A program made the position numbers and the translations under genes. From NCBI GenBank assembly GCA_964016885.1, contig OZ024740.1:52886001-52950000 (forward strand): a stretch of DNA of 64,000 nt, read 5' to 3'. Origin of the DNA: Eledone cirrhosa (lineage: Eukaryota). The first letter of the stretch is position 1. Every line of letters starts with the position of its first letter. Below, piece by piece: positions 39,731 through 53,997 of this stretch. Under the pieces are notes generated by a model that did no database searches, was not told the origin of the DNA, and saw only the letters and a list, made by a program, of their open reading frames with translations.

Positions 39731-41775
39731 GTTTGATGTACAGTGACAACAAAGAAAATACGTCATGAATGTGGATATAAGTTGTAACGATAAAAGAATG
39801 GTATTTAACTAATGTATTGGTACGCGATGGGGCCCACCCACAGCCCCGGCGGACAGAATGGAAAAGGCGTTTCCCCGGAGGACGGCAAGGGAGACGCGTT
39901 GGAAAAGCCACTCCAACTCGCGGAGCTCACACCTGCGGCTGGCCAGCACAGCGCCTATGGTGGTGAGTAAGGAGGTAGCCCTGGGGCCGGGGACACCAGA
40001 AGTTTCCACTGCCAGGGGAACGACCGAAAACCTGTCGGAGAGCGACCGGTATTTGAGGAGTTTGGTCCCCTCAGCCCGACGTGCAGCAGAGCCTGGGTCA
40101 GTCGCAGACTGCACCAGGTTGCGGCTGCAGAAAGTGTCGGTGCAAGTGGCATCCCAGACGAGGGGTTTGCCACCGCGGAACGGGAAGATGGTCATGCCAT
40201 CTGGCCTTTTGCCGTCCCCTCGATCCAGCCTCATCGGCTCGAGCTGGGAAGGAAAGCCTGCAGCGTCCAAGCCATGCTTAATGACCTCGTTGAGAGCAGT
40301 ATGGCGTGGAATGCGGCCGGCACTGTGGGTACAGGAAAGCGGGTGGAGGCCGAAAGAGTCCACGGTGGAACCGCAGCGACATTGGTGTGGCTGGCAGATC
40401 CGTAGGCCGAGCCCCAGGGAAACGCCGATTCGCAGGCTATGGTTGTCTAGCTACGTGCCAGTGGAGAAGGAGGGCAGAGCATGGAGCCAGGCACCACTGT
40501 GGCGTTTGGAGACCGCACGAAAATAAGCAAGGCGGTGCTGGTCGAGCTGGCGCGTGAGCCTGTCTGAGGCCAGGCTGCACTGGATGGCAACGCTAGTGCG
40601 TTGGGGGGACTTGACGTCAACAGGGGAAGAAGGAGGAGGTACGTCTACTGGGCTAAGTCCCAGCCGGTCCCACGTCTCAGGCGGCCTCACGTTCTCTGAA
40701 CACAGAGGGTTCTGTTGTGTTTTGAAGAACCCTGCTGATGATGACGCGGCACGAGGTTACCGACGAAAGATACGCCGGCAAAGCTAGTGAGATCGGGGAT
40801 CGGAGGCCTAGGCCGCCATACCTGACCGGTAAAGTGGCCTGTTGCCACCCTATGTCGTCAAACTTGACGTTGCATATCCCCTCGGCTGCTGCTCGGATCA
40901 GCGAGGAGAGATATCTGGGTGTAGCATGGAGCGTTGCGGAGTGTATAGAGGAGCTTCGGCATGGCGAAGCAGTTCCTCAGCAGAAAAAGAGTTGGGTGGC
41001 CGTCAATCAAGCCCAGTCGGCTCGTGAGAGTCTGGAGCTGTTGAAGCCTGGACCTGATGGTGGAGCGGATGGCCGGCGGGTGGATCGGTGACCCGAGGAT
41101 GAGGACATCCTCTTTGGGTGTCACCTGAACCTGGCGGAGAATGGACCGCACGTCCAAGACGGAGGCCGCAAGGCTCGCAGCATCGAGGCTGACGTTCACC
41201 ACCTCCGACTTGGCCGAGTTGACCTGGAGGCCGATTCCCGCCAGGGCAGGAATCACCGATTGAAGGTCTTGGCAGACCGTCCGTACGAGCCCGCCCAACG
41301 TAGCATCATCCAGATACCAAACGTTGAGAGGGGCCGTGATACTCCGAGCGATGTGGTCAATACCAAGGGCGAACAGGAGGGGTCCCAAAGGGTCGCCCTG
41401 TTGGACCCCAGTAGCCGAGGGTATGACCATATCAGCAGCTAGGAGCATGCTCGGGGCTCCATATGACAGGTAGGCCAGCGGGTAGGCAGAGGAGGCTCGG
41501 CTGAGGCAGGCCTCGAGCAGATGATCCTGGCGGAAAGAGTTAAAGGTATTCCTCATGTCAAGCTTGACAATGAGGTGCCTGGAGTCTCTGGATGCCGGTA
41601 CCGATGGGCAGCTGCTGAAGAACTGCCTGATTGCATGAGAGGCTCCCTCACAGCCACCGGACACGCCGACACCCAGGGAAATGCCGATTCGCAGGCTATG
41701 GTTGTCTAGCTGCGTGCCACTGGAGAAGGAGGGCAGAGCATGGAGCCAGGCACCACCGTGGGGTTTGGAGGCCGT
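39728..41775 (-). mobile_element. 5'-truncated CRE-like non-LTR retrotransposon (RT + RLE), frameshifted
   Basis: KLDMRNTFNS, GVQQGDPLGPLLF, WYLDD (RT, 40858-41664); RHTALN, RPDGMT...LVWDATC (RLE, 39809-40363); 3' end abuts (TA)n. Confidence 0.88.
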
Positions 41776-44700
41776 TGCACCGTATGTCTACGCCATCTTT
41801 ATTTAGTCTGTTTATATATTTATTTATTTGTTTATTTTTTTGTCTTCTTTGCGCATGCGTTTGCGTGTGTGTATAGAGTTTTGTTTGATGTGTGTTCGTG
41901 TTTGGGTGACTGTGTATTGGTTAATGTATTCTATCTTTACTAGTGTGTGTTTATATGTGTTTGTTGTTATTGTGCTTGTATATATATATATTTGAACGAC
42001 TTAAACGTAAAAGAGAAGATTTAGTTGTTAAACTAATCCTTTTAGTAGTTATTAATCTCATTTATTTTCAGTCACATATGCAGAAACAATTTACTGGTGT
42101 TTTAGAATACAAAATAAGCTTTAATTATGGCTGGCTGTTGTATATACAATGATTATGTGTGTAGTTATCTAAACGAGGTTTATATGAATTGTTAAGAAGT
42201 TCACTCACAATCATGAGGTCCTGAATTCGATCCCAGTGTCTGACATTTTGGGCTATTGACTTAACCACAGCATTGAGTTGACAACCTTTCTGAATGAAAT
42301 TGGATAGATGGTAACTATATGAAAGCCCGTAGGCTAGACTGTATTGGCAATTCAAAGCCCTAACATTTTCACATATTTTGCCACGCTAATTCGGCACGGG
42401 GATTGTCCAATCTCATGAGTTGAATGTTCAGTTATTCAAATAACCGAATGCTCACCGTCGACATCGATGGAGAATCCATCATGGTAATCTTTTATGGTTT
42501 TCGGTGTACTGAGGAATAGTTGAAAATCTTTACACTTCATTTTTTCACGGTGATGAATTTGTTTTGCGAGGTTTTTGATATGAAATTGTGTGTCGAAACA
42601 AATTTTATATCAAAAACCTCGCAAAACAAATTCATCACCGTGAAAAAATGAAGTGTAAAGATTTTCAACTATCTTCCCCAATAACCTCACTTAAGGGTAT
42701 TTACATTGTACATTTTAACCATTCTGCTCTGATGAATCAGTGGTCACAGCATTTGATAATTGAGTTTTGCAAATAGTTATAAATTTGCACATAGCATAAC
42801 TAGGCTGTATAACCACCGTGGAAACATTTGTAAGCACACAGAATAAATTACCTTTTTATGATGTCTACCTGTTATTATTCATTCTTTATATATATATATA
42901 TATATACTAGACCTGAAAAATGCGCAAGCTCAAAAGAGCCACAGAATGTCATAATAAACGTTCAAAAGTGTGGGACTAGAGTTGTTGCTCAAAAATATTG
43001 TAATCATTATCTATCGTACACTCTGTGACATCCTTTTATAAAAAAGAGACTCATAACGAACTCAAGACGACACGATAATTATTTAAGCTAATGTTCAATA
43101 TCTCATATTAGATGTTTAGTAATGATTAATACGAAATGCACTTAAACCGAATTCTATATTATAAATTCACTTAAATAATTATCGTGTCGTCTTGAGTTCG
43201 TTATGAGTCTCTTTTTTATAAAAGGATGCCACAGAATGTACGATAGATAATGATTACAATATTTTTGAGCAACAACTCTAGTCCCACACTTTTGAACGTT
43301 TATTATAACATTCTGTGGCTCTTTTGAGCCTGCGCATTTTCCAGGTCTAGTTTAATATTTTTTTTAAGGCAACGCCTGTAATAACTCTAGTTAAACATGA
43401 TATATATTAATAATAAATTATCGTTGTAATATAATTAGATTATATAATTGTTATTTTATAAATGATCTTATAAATATTATTGTAAGATGTATAAAAATAT
43501 TTTCAGACTTTTAATATAAACAACAACAAAAACCAATCAATATTAAATAAATATATTTTACATAATAATTGTTATAGTTGAATTAATAAAAATTAAATAT
43601 TACATACAAATAGTCTAACATAATAAAAAGATAATCTAACATAATAATAATAAAATAATCTAACATAAAACGAACAATAATATGATACAACCAATATTAT
43701 AAGCATGTTATAACGAACTGAAAAAAAATAGTTAATATAAATTTAAAAAATCATATATAAATTAACAATATAACTTACCAAAACGAGAAAAATATTTTGA
43801 TGATAAACGACGAAATACAGGAGGAAGATTCGAAAGCGAAACAATAAATAAACGTGCAAACAAAATGGCGGATGCTTTGAGCAACAATTACTCTCGTTGG
43901 TTGATTAGCCAATAAGACGATGCAATTAGTCAATAAGACGATACATTACAAAATATGTTCGGCAGCGATCATCACCACGGCCAGCGACACCCCTTGAATT
44001 TTTTATTCACAAGCTACGCATATATGACTTAAAACATTCTGTTGTTAGTTACTGCGTCTCTAACTGATATACATCTCTATCTGACGACCGATCCAGACGT
44101 ATATATTATTATCGTCTGTGATCCAGAAACCTTTGGTAATGGAGTAGTTATATTTTGTGTTATTCACTTTCTAACTAAATATATATATATATATCTTGGT
44201 TGTCCATCGTAAACGATGATGACATCTTCTTTATTGTTGTTCCCGTCTACGTGAGCACGAAGGTGGCTGTGGAGGCTGATCCTTGACTTGCAGGTCCGGG
44301 GACAGTTGAGGCAGAGGAAGAGACCGGAGTCAGACCGGCAACTCCCAGAGATTACCTCTACCTCTCGCTTATCGCCGCAGGGCTTTGGGAGTGCACGCTA
44401 AAGAAGAAACCTGTGCGGGAAAGGTTTATAGTGGGAGGGCCAGTGCACAGTGACGGTCCCACTCACTCGGCCGCAGAAGCCAGAATCCGGTGGTACGGCG
44501 GACCGTCACAACCAGGGACTTCCTTGGCTGCAGTGGATGGCCACGACGTCTGTAGTGCCTTGCCGTGCCCTAGCCCTCTACACTGCTTGCTGTCGCCGCC
44601 TTTGTGACCGTTGGGACGATGTTGTCCTCCCCAACTCTCTCCTCTGGGTCCAGTCTTCGCATGCAGGGGCAGGAATCCTCTATCTAACTCAGGGGGTTCA

Positions 44701-45168
44701 GACCCGTCCGGTTATCCTCAACCTTCTTCGGCCAGCCAGCCAAGGTGGTTTACCGGGGTGTGGCCGCCGTCGCATGCTACAGCTTCTTGGGGCCGCAGGT
44801 GACAGCTGAGTGTCAGGTGGGACCCAATGCAGGACGAGTTGTCCTGAAAAGGGCATGGCTAGCCCTCCCTACAGAGGTACATGCCCCTCCCTGACACCCC
44901 AGGCATATACACACGCATATACATACACATACATATGTACATGTGTATATACATATTTACACACTTTTGGATGGCCGTTGAGTCTTATGAGTTCTTCCGC
45001 CCTTTGTGAGGTTTTGTTTTTTGTCCTGCAGGGTCACTCATGAGTGCTACTGGTAACATGCAAACCGGTACAACCTGTCGCATGGTCGGGTCGTCGGCGA
45101 CTAAACCCCACCAAGTTTACTTGTTGAGGAGGGTGATATATATATATATATACATACATACACACACA

Positions 45169-45217
<49 letters not shown>

Positions 45218-45220
<3 letters not shown>

Positions 45221-47265
45221 GTTTGATGTACAGTGACAACAAAGAAAATACGTCATGAATGTGGATATAAGTTGTAACGATAAAAGAATGGTATTTAACT
45301 AATGTATTGGTACGCGATGGGGCCCACCCACAGCCCCGGCGGACAGAATGGAAAAGGCGTTTCCCCGGAGGACGGCAAGGGAGACGCGTTGGAAAAGCCA
45401 CTCCAACTCGCGGAGCTCACACCTGCGGCTGGCCAGCACAGCGCCTATGGTGGTGAGTAAGGAGGTAGCCCTGGGGCCGGGGACACCAGAAGTTTCCACT
45501 GCCAGGGGAACGACCGAAAACCTGTCGGAGAGCGACCGGTATTTGAGGAGTTTGGTCCCCTCAGCCCGACGTGCAGCAGAGCCTGGGTCAGTCGCAGACT
45601 GCACCAGGTTGCGGCTGCAGAAAGTGTCGGTGCAAGTGGCATCCCAGACGAGGGGTTTGCCACCGCGGAACGGGAAGATGGTCATGCCATCTGGCCTTTT
45701 GCCGTCCCCTCGATCCAGCCTCATCGGCTCGAGCTGGGAAGGAAAGCCTGCAGCGTCCAAGCCATGCTTAATGACCTCGTTGAGAGCAGTATGGCGTGGA
45801 ATGCGGCCGGCACTGTGGGTACAGGAAAGCGGGTGGAGGCCGAAAGAGTCCACGGTGGAACCGCAGCGACATTGGTGTGGCTGGCAGATCCGTAGGCCGA
45901 GCCCCAGGGAAACGCCGATTCGCAGGCTATGGTTGTCTAGCTACGTGCCAGTGGAGAAGGAGGGCAGAGCATGGAGCCAGGCACCACTGTGGCGTTTGGA
46001 GACCGCACGAAAATAAGCAAGGCGGTGCTGGTCGAGCTGGCGCGTGAGCCTGTCTGAGGCCAGGCTGCACTGGATGGCAACGCTAGTGCGTTGGGGGGAC
46101 TTGACGTCAACAGGGGAAGAAGGAGGAGGTACGTCTACTGGGCTAAGTCCCAGCCGGTCCCACGTCTCAGGCGGCCTCACGTTCTCTGAACACAGAGGGT
46201 TCTGTTGTGTTTTGAAGAACCCTGCTGATGATGACGCGGCACGAGGTTACCGACGAAAGATACGCCGGCAAAGCTAGTGAGATCGGGGATCGGAGGCCTA
46301 GGCCGCCATACCTGACCGGTAAAGTGGCCTGTTGCCACCCTATGTCGTCAAACTTGACGTTGCATATCCCCTCGGCTGCTGCTCGGATCAGCGAGGAGAG
46401 ATATCTGGGTGTAGCATGGAGCGTTGCGGAGTGTATAGAGGAGCTTCGGCATGGCGAAGCAGTTCCTCAGCAGAAAAAGAGTTGGGTGGCCGTCAATCAA
46501 GCCCAGTCGGCTCGTGAGAGTCTGGAGCTGTTGAAGCCTGGACCTGATGGTGGAGCGGATGGCCGGCGGGTGGATCGGTGACCCGAGGATGAGGACATCC
46601 TCTTTGGGTGTCACCTGAACCTGGCGGAGAATGGACCGCACGTCCAAGACGGAGGCCGCAAGGCTCGCAGCATCGAGGCTGACGTTCACCACCTCCGACT
46701 TGGCCGAGTTGACCTGGAGGCCGATTCCCGCCAGGGCAGGAATCACCGATTGAAGGTCTTGGCAGACCGTCCGTACGAGCCCGCCCAACGTAGCATCATC
46801 CAGATACCAAACGTTGAGAGGGGCCGTGATACTCCGAGCGATGTGGTCAATACCAAGGGCGAACAGGAGGGGTCCCAAAGGGTCGCCCTGTTGGACCCCA
46901 GTAGCCGAGGGTATGACCATATCAGCAGCTAGGAGCATGCTCGGGGCTCCATATGACAGGTAGGCCAGCGGGTAGGCAGAGGAGGCTCGGCTGAGGCAGG
47001 CCTCGAGCAGATGATCCTGGCGGAAAGAGTTAAAGGTATTCCTCATGTCAAGCTTGACAATGAGGTGCCTGGAGTCTCTGGATGCCGGTACCGATGGGCA
47101 GCTGCTGAAGAACTGCCTGATTGCATGAGAGGCTCCCTCACAGCCACCGGACACGCCGACACCCAGGGAAATGCCGATTCGCAGGCTATGGTTGTCTAGC
47201 TGCGTGCCACTGGAGAAGGAGGGCAGAGCATGGAGCCAGGCACCACCGTGGGGTTTGGAGGCCGT
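45218..47265 (-). mobile_element. CRE-like fragment, copy 2
   Basis: ORFs 45299-45853 and 46348-47154 identical to copy 1. Confidence 0.88.
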
Positions 47266-50200
47266 TGCACCGTATGTCTACGCCATCTTTATTTAGTCTG
47301 TTTATATATTTATTTATTTGTTTATTTTTTTGTCTTCTTTGCGCATGCGTTTGCGTGTGTGTATAGAGTTTTGTTTGATGTGTGTTCGTGTTTGGGTGAC
47401 TGTGTATTGGTTAATGTATTCTATCTTTACTAGTGTGTGTTTATATGTGTTTGTTGTTATTGTGCTTGTATATATATATATTTGAACGACTTAAACGTAA
47501 AAGAGAAGATTTAGTTGTTAAACTAATCCTTTTAGTAGTTATTAATCTCATTTATTTTCAGTCACATATGCAGAAACAATTTACTGGTGTTTTAGAATAC
47601 AAAATAAGCTTTAATTATGGCTGGCTGTTGTATATACAATGATTATGTGTGTAGTTATCTAAACGAGGTTTATATGAATTGTTAAGAAGTTCACTCACAA
47701 TCATGAGGTCCTGAATTCGATCCCAGTGTCTGACATTTTGGGCTATTGACTTAACCACAGCATTGAGTTGACAACCTTTCTGAATGAAATTGGATAGATG
47801 GTAACTATATGAAAGCCCGTAGGCTAGACTGTATTGGCAATTCAAAGCCCTAACATTTTCACATATTTTGCCACGCTAATTCGGCACGGGGATTGTCCAA
47901 TCTCATGAGTTGAATGTTCAGTTATTCAAATAACCGAATGCTCACCGTCGACATCGATGGAGAATCCATCATGGTAATCTTTTATGGTTTTCGGTGTACT
48001 GAGGAATAGTTGAAAATCTTTACACTTCATTTTTTCACGGTGATGAATTTGTTTTGCGAGGTTTTTGATATGAAATTGTGTGTCGAAACAAATTTTATAT
48101 CAAAAACCTCGCAAAACAAATTCATCACCGTGAAAAAATGAAGTGTAAAGATTTTCAACTATCTTCCCCAATAACCTCACTTAAGGGTATTTACATTGTA
48201 CATTTTAACCATTCTGCTCTGATGAATCAGTGGTCACAGCATTTGATAATTGAGTTTTGCAAATAGTTATAAATTTGCACATAGCATAACTAGGCTGTAT
48301 AACCACCGTGGAAACATTTGTAAGCACACAGAATAAATTACCTTTTTATGATGTCTACCTGTTATTATTCATTCTTTATATATATATATATATATATACT
48401 AGACCTGAAAAATGCGCAAGCTCAAAAGAGCCACAGAATGTCATAATAAACGTTCAAAAGTGTGGGACTAGAGTTGTTGCTCAAAAATATTGTAATCATT
48501 ATCTATCGTACACTCTGTGACATCCTTTTATAAAAAAGAGACTCATAACGAACTCAAGACGACACGATAATTATTTAAGCTAATGTTCAATATCTCATAT
48601 TAGATGTTTAGTAATGATTAATACGAAATGCACTTAAACCGAATTCTATATTATAAATTCACTTAAATAATTATCGTGTCGTCTTGAGTTCGTTATGAGT
48701 CTCTTTTTTATAAAAGGATGCCACAGAATGTACGATAGATAATGATTACAATATTTTTGAGCAACAACTCTAGTCCCACACTTTTGAACGTTTATTATAA
48801 CATTCTGTGGCTCTTTTGAGCCTGCGCATTTTCCAGGTCTAGTTTAATATTTTTTTTAAGGCAACGCCTGTAATAACTCTAGTTAAACATGATATATATT
48901 AATAATAAATTATCGTTGTAATATAATTAGATTATATAATTGTTATTTTATAAATGATCTTATAAATATTATTGTAAGATGTATAAAAATATTTTCAGAC
49001 TTTTAATATAAACAACAACAAAAACCAATCAATATTAAATAAATATATTTTACATAATAATTGTTATAGTTGAATTAATAAAAATTAAATATTACATACA
49101 AATAGTCTAACATAATAAAAAGATAATCTAACATAATAATAATAAAATAATCTAACATAAAACGAACAATAATATGATACAACCAATATTATAAGCATGT
49201 TATAACGAACTGAAAAAAAATAGTTAATATAAATTTAAAAAATCATATATAAATTAACAATATAACTTACCAAAACGAGAAAAATATTTTGATGATAAAC
49301 GACGAAATACAGGAGGAAGATTCGAAAGCGAAACAATAAATAAACGTGCAAACAAAATGGCGGATGCTTTGAGCAACAATTACTCTCGTTGGTTGATTAG
49401 CCAATAAGACGATGCAATTAGTCAATAAGACGATACATTACAAAATATGTTCGGCAGCGATCATCACCACGGCCAGCGACACCCCTTGAATTTTTTATTC
49501 ACAAGCTACGCATATATGACTTAAAACATTCTGTTGTTAGTTACTGCGTCTCTAACTGATATACATCTCTATCTGACGACCGATCCAGACGTATATATTA
49601 TTATCGTCTGTGATCCAGAAACCTTTGGTAATGGAGTAGTTATATTTTGTGTTATTCACTTTCTAACTAAATATATATATATATATCTTGGTTGTCCATC
49701 GTAAACGATGATGACATCTTCTTTATTGTTGTTCCCGTCTACGTGAGCACGAAGGTGGCTGTGGAGGCTGATCCTTGACTTGCAGGTCCGGGGACAGTTG
49801 AGGCAGAGGAAGAGACCGGAGTCAGACCGGCAACTCCCAGAGATTACCTCTACCTCTCGCTTATCGCCGCAGGGCTTTGGGAGTGCACGCTAAAGAAGAA
49901 ACCTGTGCGGGAAAGGTTTATAGTGGGAGGGCCAGTGCACAGTGACGGTCCCACTCACTCGGCCGCAGAAGCCAGAATCCGGTGGTACGGAGGACCGTCA
50001 CAACCAGGGACTTCCTTGGCTGCAGTGGATGGCCACGACGTCTGTAGTGCCTTGCCGTGCCCTAGCCCTCTACACTGCTTGCTGTCGCCGCCTTTGTGAC
50101 CGTTGGGACGATGTTGTCCTCCCCAACTCTCTCCTCTGGGTCCAGTCTTCGCATGCAGGGGCAGGAATCCTCTATCTAACTCAGGGGGTTCAGACCCGTC

Positions 50201-50662
50201 CGGTTATCCTCAACCTTCTTCGGCCAGCCAGCCAAGGTGGTTTACCGGGGTGTGGCCGCCGTCGCATGCTACAGCTTCTTGGGGCCGCAGGTGACAGCTG
50301 AGTGTCAGGTGGGACCCAATGCAGGACGAGTTGTCCTGAAAAGGGCATGGCTAGCCCTCCCTACAGAGGTACATGCCCCTCCCTGACACCCCAGGCATAT
50401 ACACACGCATATACATACACATACATATGTACATGTGTATATACATATTTACACACTTTTGGATGGCCGTTGAGTCTTATGAGTTCTTCCGCCCTTTGTG
50501 AGGTTTTGTTTTTTGTCCTGCAGGGTCACTCATGAGTGCTACTGGTAACATGCAAACCGGTACAACCTGTCGCATGGTCGGGTCGTCGGCGACTAAACCC
50601 CACCAAGTTTACTTGTTGAGGAGGGTGATATATATATATATATATACATACATACACACACA

Positions 50663-50713
<51 letters not shown>

Positions 50714-50716
<3 letters not shown>

Positions 50717-52761
50717 GTTTGATGTACAGTGACAACAAAGAAAATACGTCATGAATGTGGATATAAGTTGTAACGATAAAAGAATGGTATTTAACTAATG
50801 TATTGGTACGCGATGGGGCCCACCCACAGCCCCGGCGGACAGAATGGAAAAGGCGTTTCCCCGGAGGACGGCAAGGGAGACGCGTTGGAAAAGCCACTCC
50901 AACTCGCGGAGCTCACACCTGCGGCTGGCCAGCACAGCGCCTATGGTGGTGAGTAAGGAGGTAGCCCTGGGGCCGGGGACACCAGAAGTTTCCACTGCCA
51001 GGGGAACGACCGAAAACCTGTCGGAGAGCGACCGGTATTTGAGGAGTTTGGTCCCCTCAGCCCGACGTGCAGCAGAGCCTGGGTCAGTCGCAGACTGCAC
51101 CAGGTTGCGGCTGCAGAAAGTGTCGGTGCAAGTGGCATCCCAGACGAGGGGTTTGCCACCGCGGAACGGGAAGATGGTCATGCCATCTGGCCTTTTGCCG
51201 TCCCCTCGATCCAGCCTCATCGGCTCGAGCTGGGAAGGAAAGCCTGCAGCGTCCAAGCCATGCTTAATGACCTCGTTGAGAGCAGTATGGCGTGGAATGC
51301 GGCCGGCACTGTGGGTACAGGAAAGCGGGTGGAGGCCGAAAGAGTCCACGGTGGAACCGCAGCGACATTGGTGTGGCTGGCAGATCCGTAGGCCGAGCCC
51401 CAGGGAAACGCCGATTCGCAGGCTATGGTTGTCTAGCTACGTGCCAGTGGAGAAGGAGGGCAGAGCATGGAGCCAGGCACCACTGTGGCGTTTGGAGACC
51501 GCACGAAAATAAGCAAGGCGGTGCTGGTCGAGCTGGCGCGTGAGCCTGTCTGAGGCCAGGCTGCACTGGATGGCAACGCTAGTGCGTTGGGGGGACTTGA
51601 CGTCAACAGGGGAAGAAGGAGGAGGTACGTCTACTGGGCTAAGTCCCAGCCGGTCCCACGTCTCAGGCGGCCTCACGTTCTCTGAACACAGAGGGTTCTG
51701 TTGTGTTTTGAAGAACCCTGCTGATGATGACGCGGCACGAGGTTACCGACGAAAGATACGCCGGCAAAGCTAGTGAGATCGGGGATCGGAGGCCTAGGCC
51801 GCCATACCTGACCGGTAAAGTGGCCTGTTGCCACCCTATGTCGTCAAACTTGACGTTGCATATCCCCTCGGCTGCTGCTCGGATCAGCGAGGAGAGATAT
51901 CTGGGTGTAGCATGGAGCGTTGCGGAGTGTATAGAGGAGCTTCGGCATGGCGAAGCAGTTCCTCAGCAGAAAAAGAGTTGGGTGGCCGTCAATCAAGCCC
52001 AGTCGGCTCGTGAGAGTCTGGAGCTGTTGAAGCCTGGACCTGATGGTGGAGCGGATGGCCGGCGGGTGGATCGGTGACCCGAGGATGAGGACATCCTCTT
52101 TGGGTGTCACCTGAACCTGGCGGAGAATGGACCGCACGTCCAAGACGGAGGCTGCAAGGCTCGCAGCATCGAGGCTGACGTTCACCACCTCCGACTTGGC
52201 CGAGTTGACCCGGAGGCCGATTCCCGCCAGGGCAGGAATCACCGATTGAAGGTCTTGGCAGACCGTCCGTACGAGCCCGCCCAACGTAGCATCATCCAGA
52301 TACCAAACGTTGAGAGGGGCCGTGATACTCCGAGCGATGTGGTCAATACCAAGGGCGAACAGGAGGGGTCCCAAAGGGTCGCCCTGTTGGACCCCAGTAG
52401 CCGAGGGTATGACCATATCAGCAGCTAGGAGCATGCTCGGGGCTCCATATGACAGGTAGGCCAGCGGGTAGGCAGAGGAGGCTCGGCTGAGGCAGGCCTC
52501 GAGCAGATGATCCTGGCGGAAAGAGTTAAAGGTATTCCTCATGTCAAGCTTGACAATGAGGTGCCTGGAGTCTCTGGATGCCGGTACCGATGGGCAGCTG
52601 CTGAAGAACTGCCTGATTGCATGAGAGGCTCCCTCACAGCCACCGGACACGCCGACACCCAGGGAAATGCCGATTCGCAGGCTATGGTTGTCTAGCTGCG
52701 TGCCACTGGAGAAGGAGGGCAGAGCATGGAGCCAGGCACCACCGTGGGGTTTGGAGGCCGT
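50714..52761 (-). mobile_element. CRE-like fragment, copy 3
   Basis: ORFs 50795-51349 and 51844-52650; one Q>R change in RT. Confidence 0.88.
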
Positions 52762-53940
52762 TGCACCGTATGTCTACGCCATCTTTATTTAGTCTGTTTA
52801 TATATTTATTTATTTGTTTATTTTTTTGTCTTCTTTGCGCATGCGTTTGCGTGTGTGTATAGAGTTTTGTTTGATGTGTGTTCGTGTTTGGGTGACTGTG
52901 TATTGGTTAATGTATTCTATCTTTACTAGTGTGTGTTTATATGTGTTTGTTGTTATTGTGCTTGTATATATATATATTTGAACGACTTAAACGTAAAAGA
53001 GAAGATTTAGTTGTTAAACTAATCCTTTTAGTAGTTATTAATCTCATTTATTTTCAGTCACATATGCAGAAACAATTTACTGGTGTTTTAGAATACAAAA
53101 TAAGCTTTAATTATGGCTGGCTGTTGTATATACAATGATTATGTGTGTAGTTATCTAAACGAGGTTTATATGAATTGTTAAGAAGTTCACTCACAATCAT
53201 GAGGTCCTGAATTCGATCCCAGTGTCTGACATTTTGGGCTATTGACTTAACCACAGCATTGAGTTGACAACCTTTCTGAATGAAATTGGATAGATGGTAA
53301 CTATATGAAAGCCCGTAGGCTAGACTGTATTGGCAATTCAAAGCCCTAACATTTTCACATATTTTGCCACGCTAATTCGGCACGGGGATTGTCCAATCTC
53401 ATGAGTTGAATGTTCAGTTATTCAAATAACCGAATGCTCACCGTCGACATCGATGGAGAATCCATCATGGTAATCTTTTATGGTTTTCGGTGTACTGAGG
53501 AATAGTTGAAAATCTTTACACTTCATTTTTTCACGGTGATGAATTTGTTTTGCGAGGTTTTTGATATGAAATTGTGTGTCGAAACAAATTTTATTGTTAT
53601 ACTTGGGGAGGTTCATATTGTTGTAATAATATTGCCAGAAATAATAACAGAATACACTCACTGTTTGGTTGGTTTTCGCTCCTGTATCTTTTATATCTCC
53701 ACAGTTAATTCATTTGGTCCTCAATGTTTATCATTGACTGACCAACGGTAAAAAATACAGATATTATATAGGTATGAACACATATAGTACCACTGATGAT
53801 GTTGGAGATGTGCAACGAAAGAACTTTGTTAGACTATATATATGCGTTTATATCTATATTATATCTGTATTTTTGTCCGTTGGTCAGTCAATGATAAACA
53901 TGGAAGGGGGGGGGGTGCCAAGCATACGAAGCAATAATAC

Positions 53941-53997
<57 letters not shown>

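Larger units (their letters stand above)
37181..53594. repeat. Tandem triplication of a ~5.49-kb unit (37181-42668, 42669-48158, 48159-53594)
   Basis: Near-identical ORF sets at offsets of 5488-5496 bp; only a few SNPs and (TA)n length differences seen. Confidence 0.97.

Noticed and set aside
39858-40526. 222-aa plus-strand ORF (three copies) and other GC-rich ORFs
   Set aside because: Antisense shadows of the CRE-like and LINE coding regions; no recognisable domain.
40734-40775. CTGATGA...GAAA within the CRE fragment
   Set aside because: No stem III or NUH; chance occurrence on the antisense of coding sequence.
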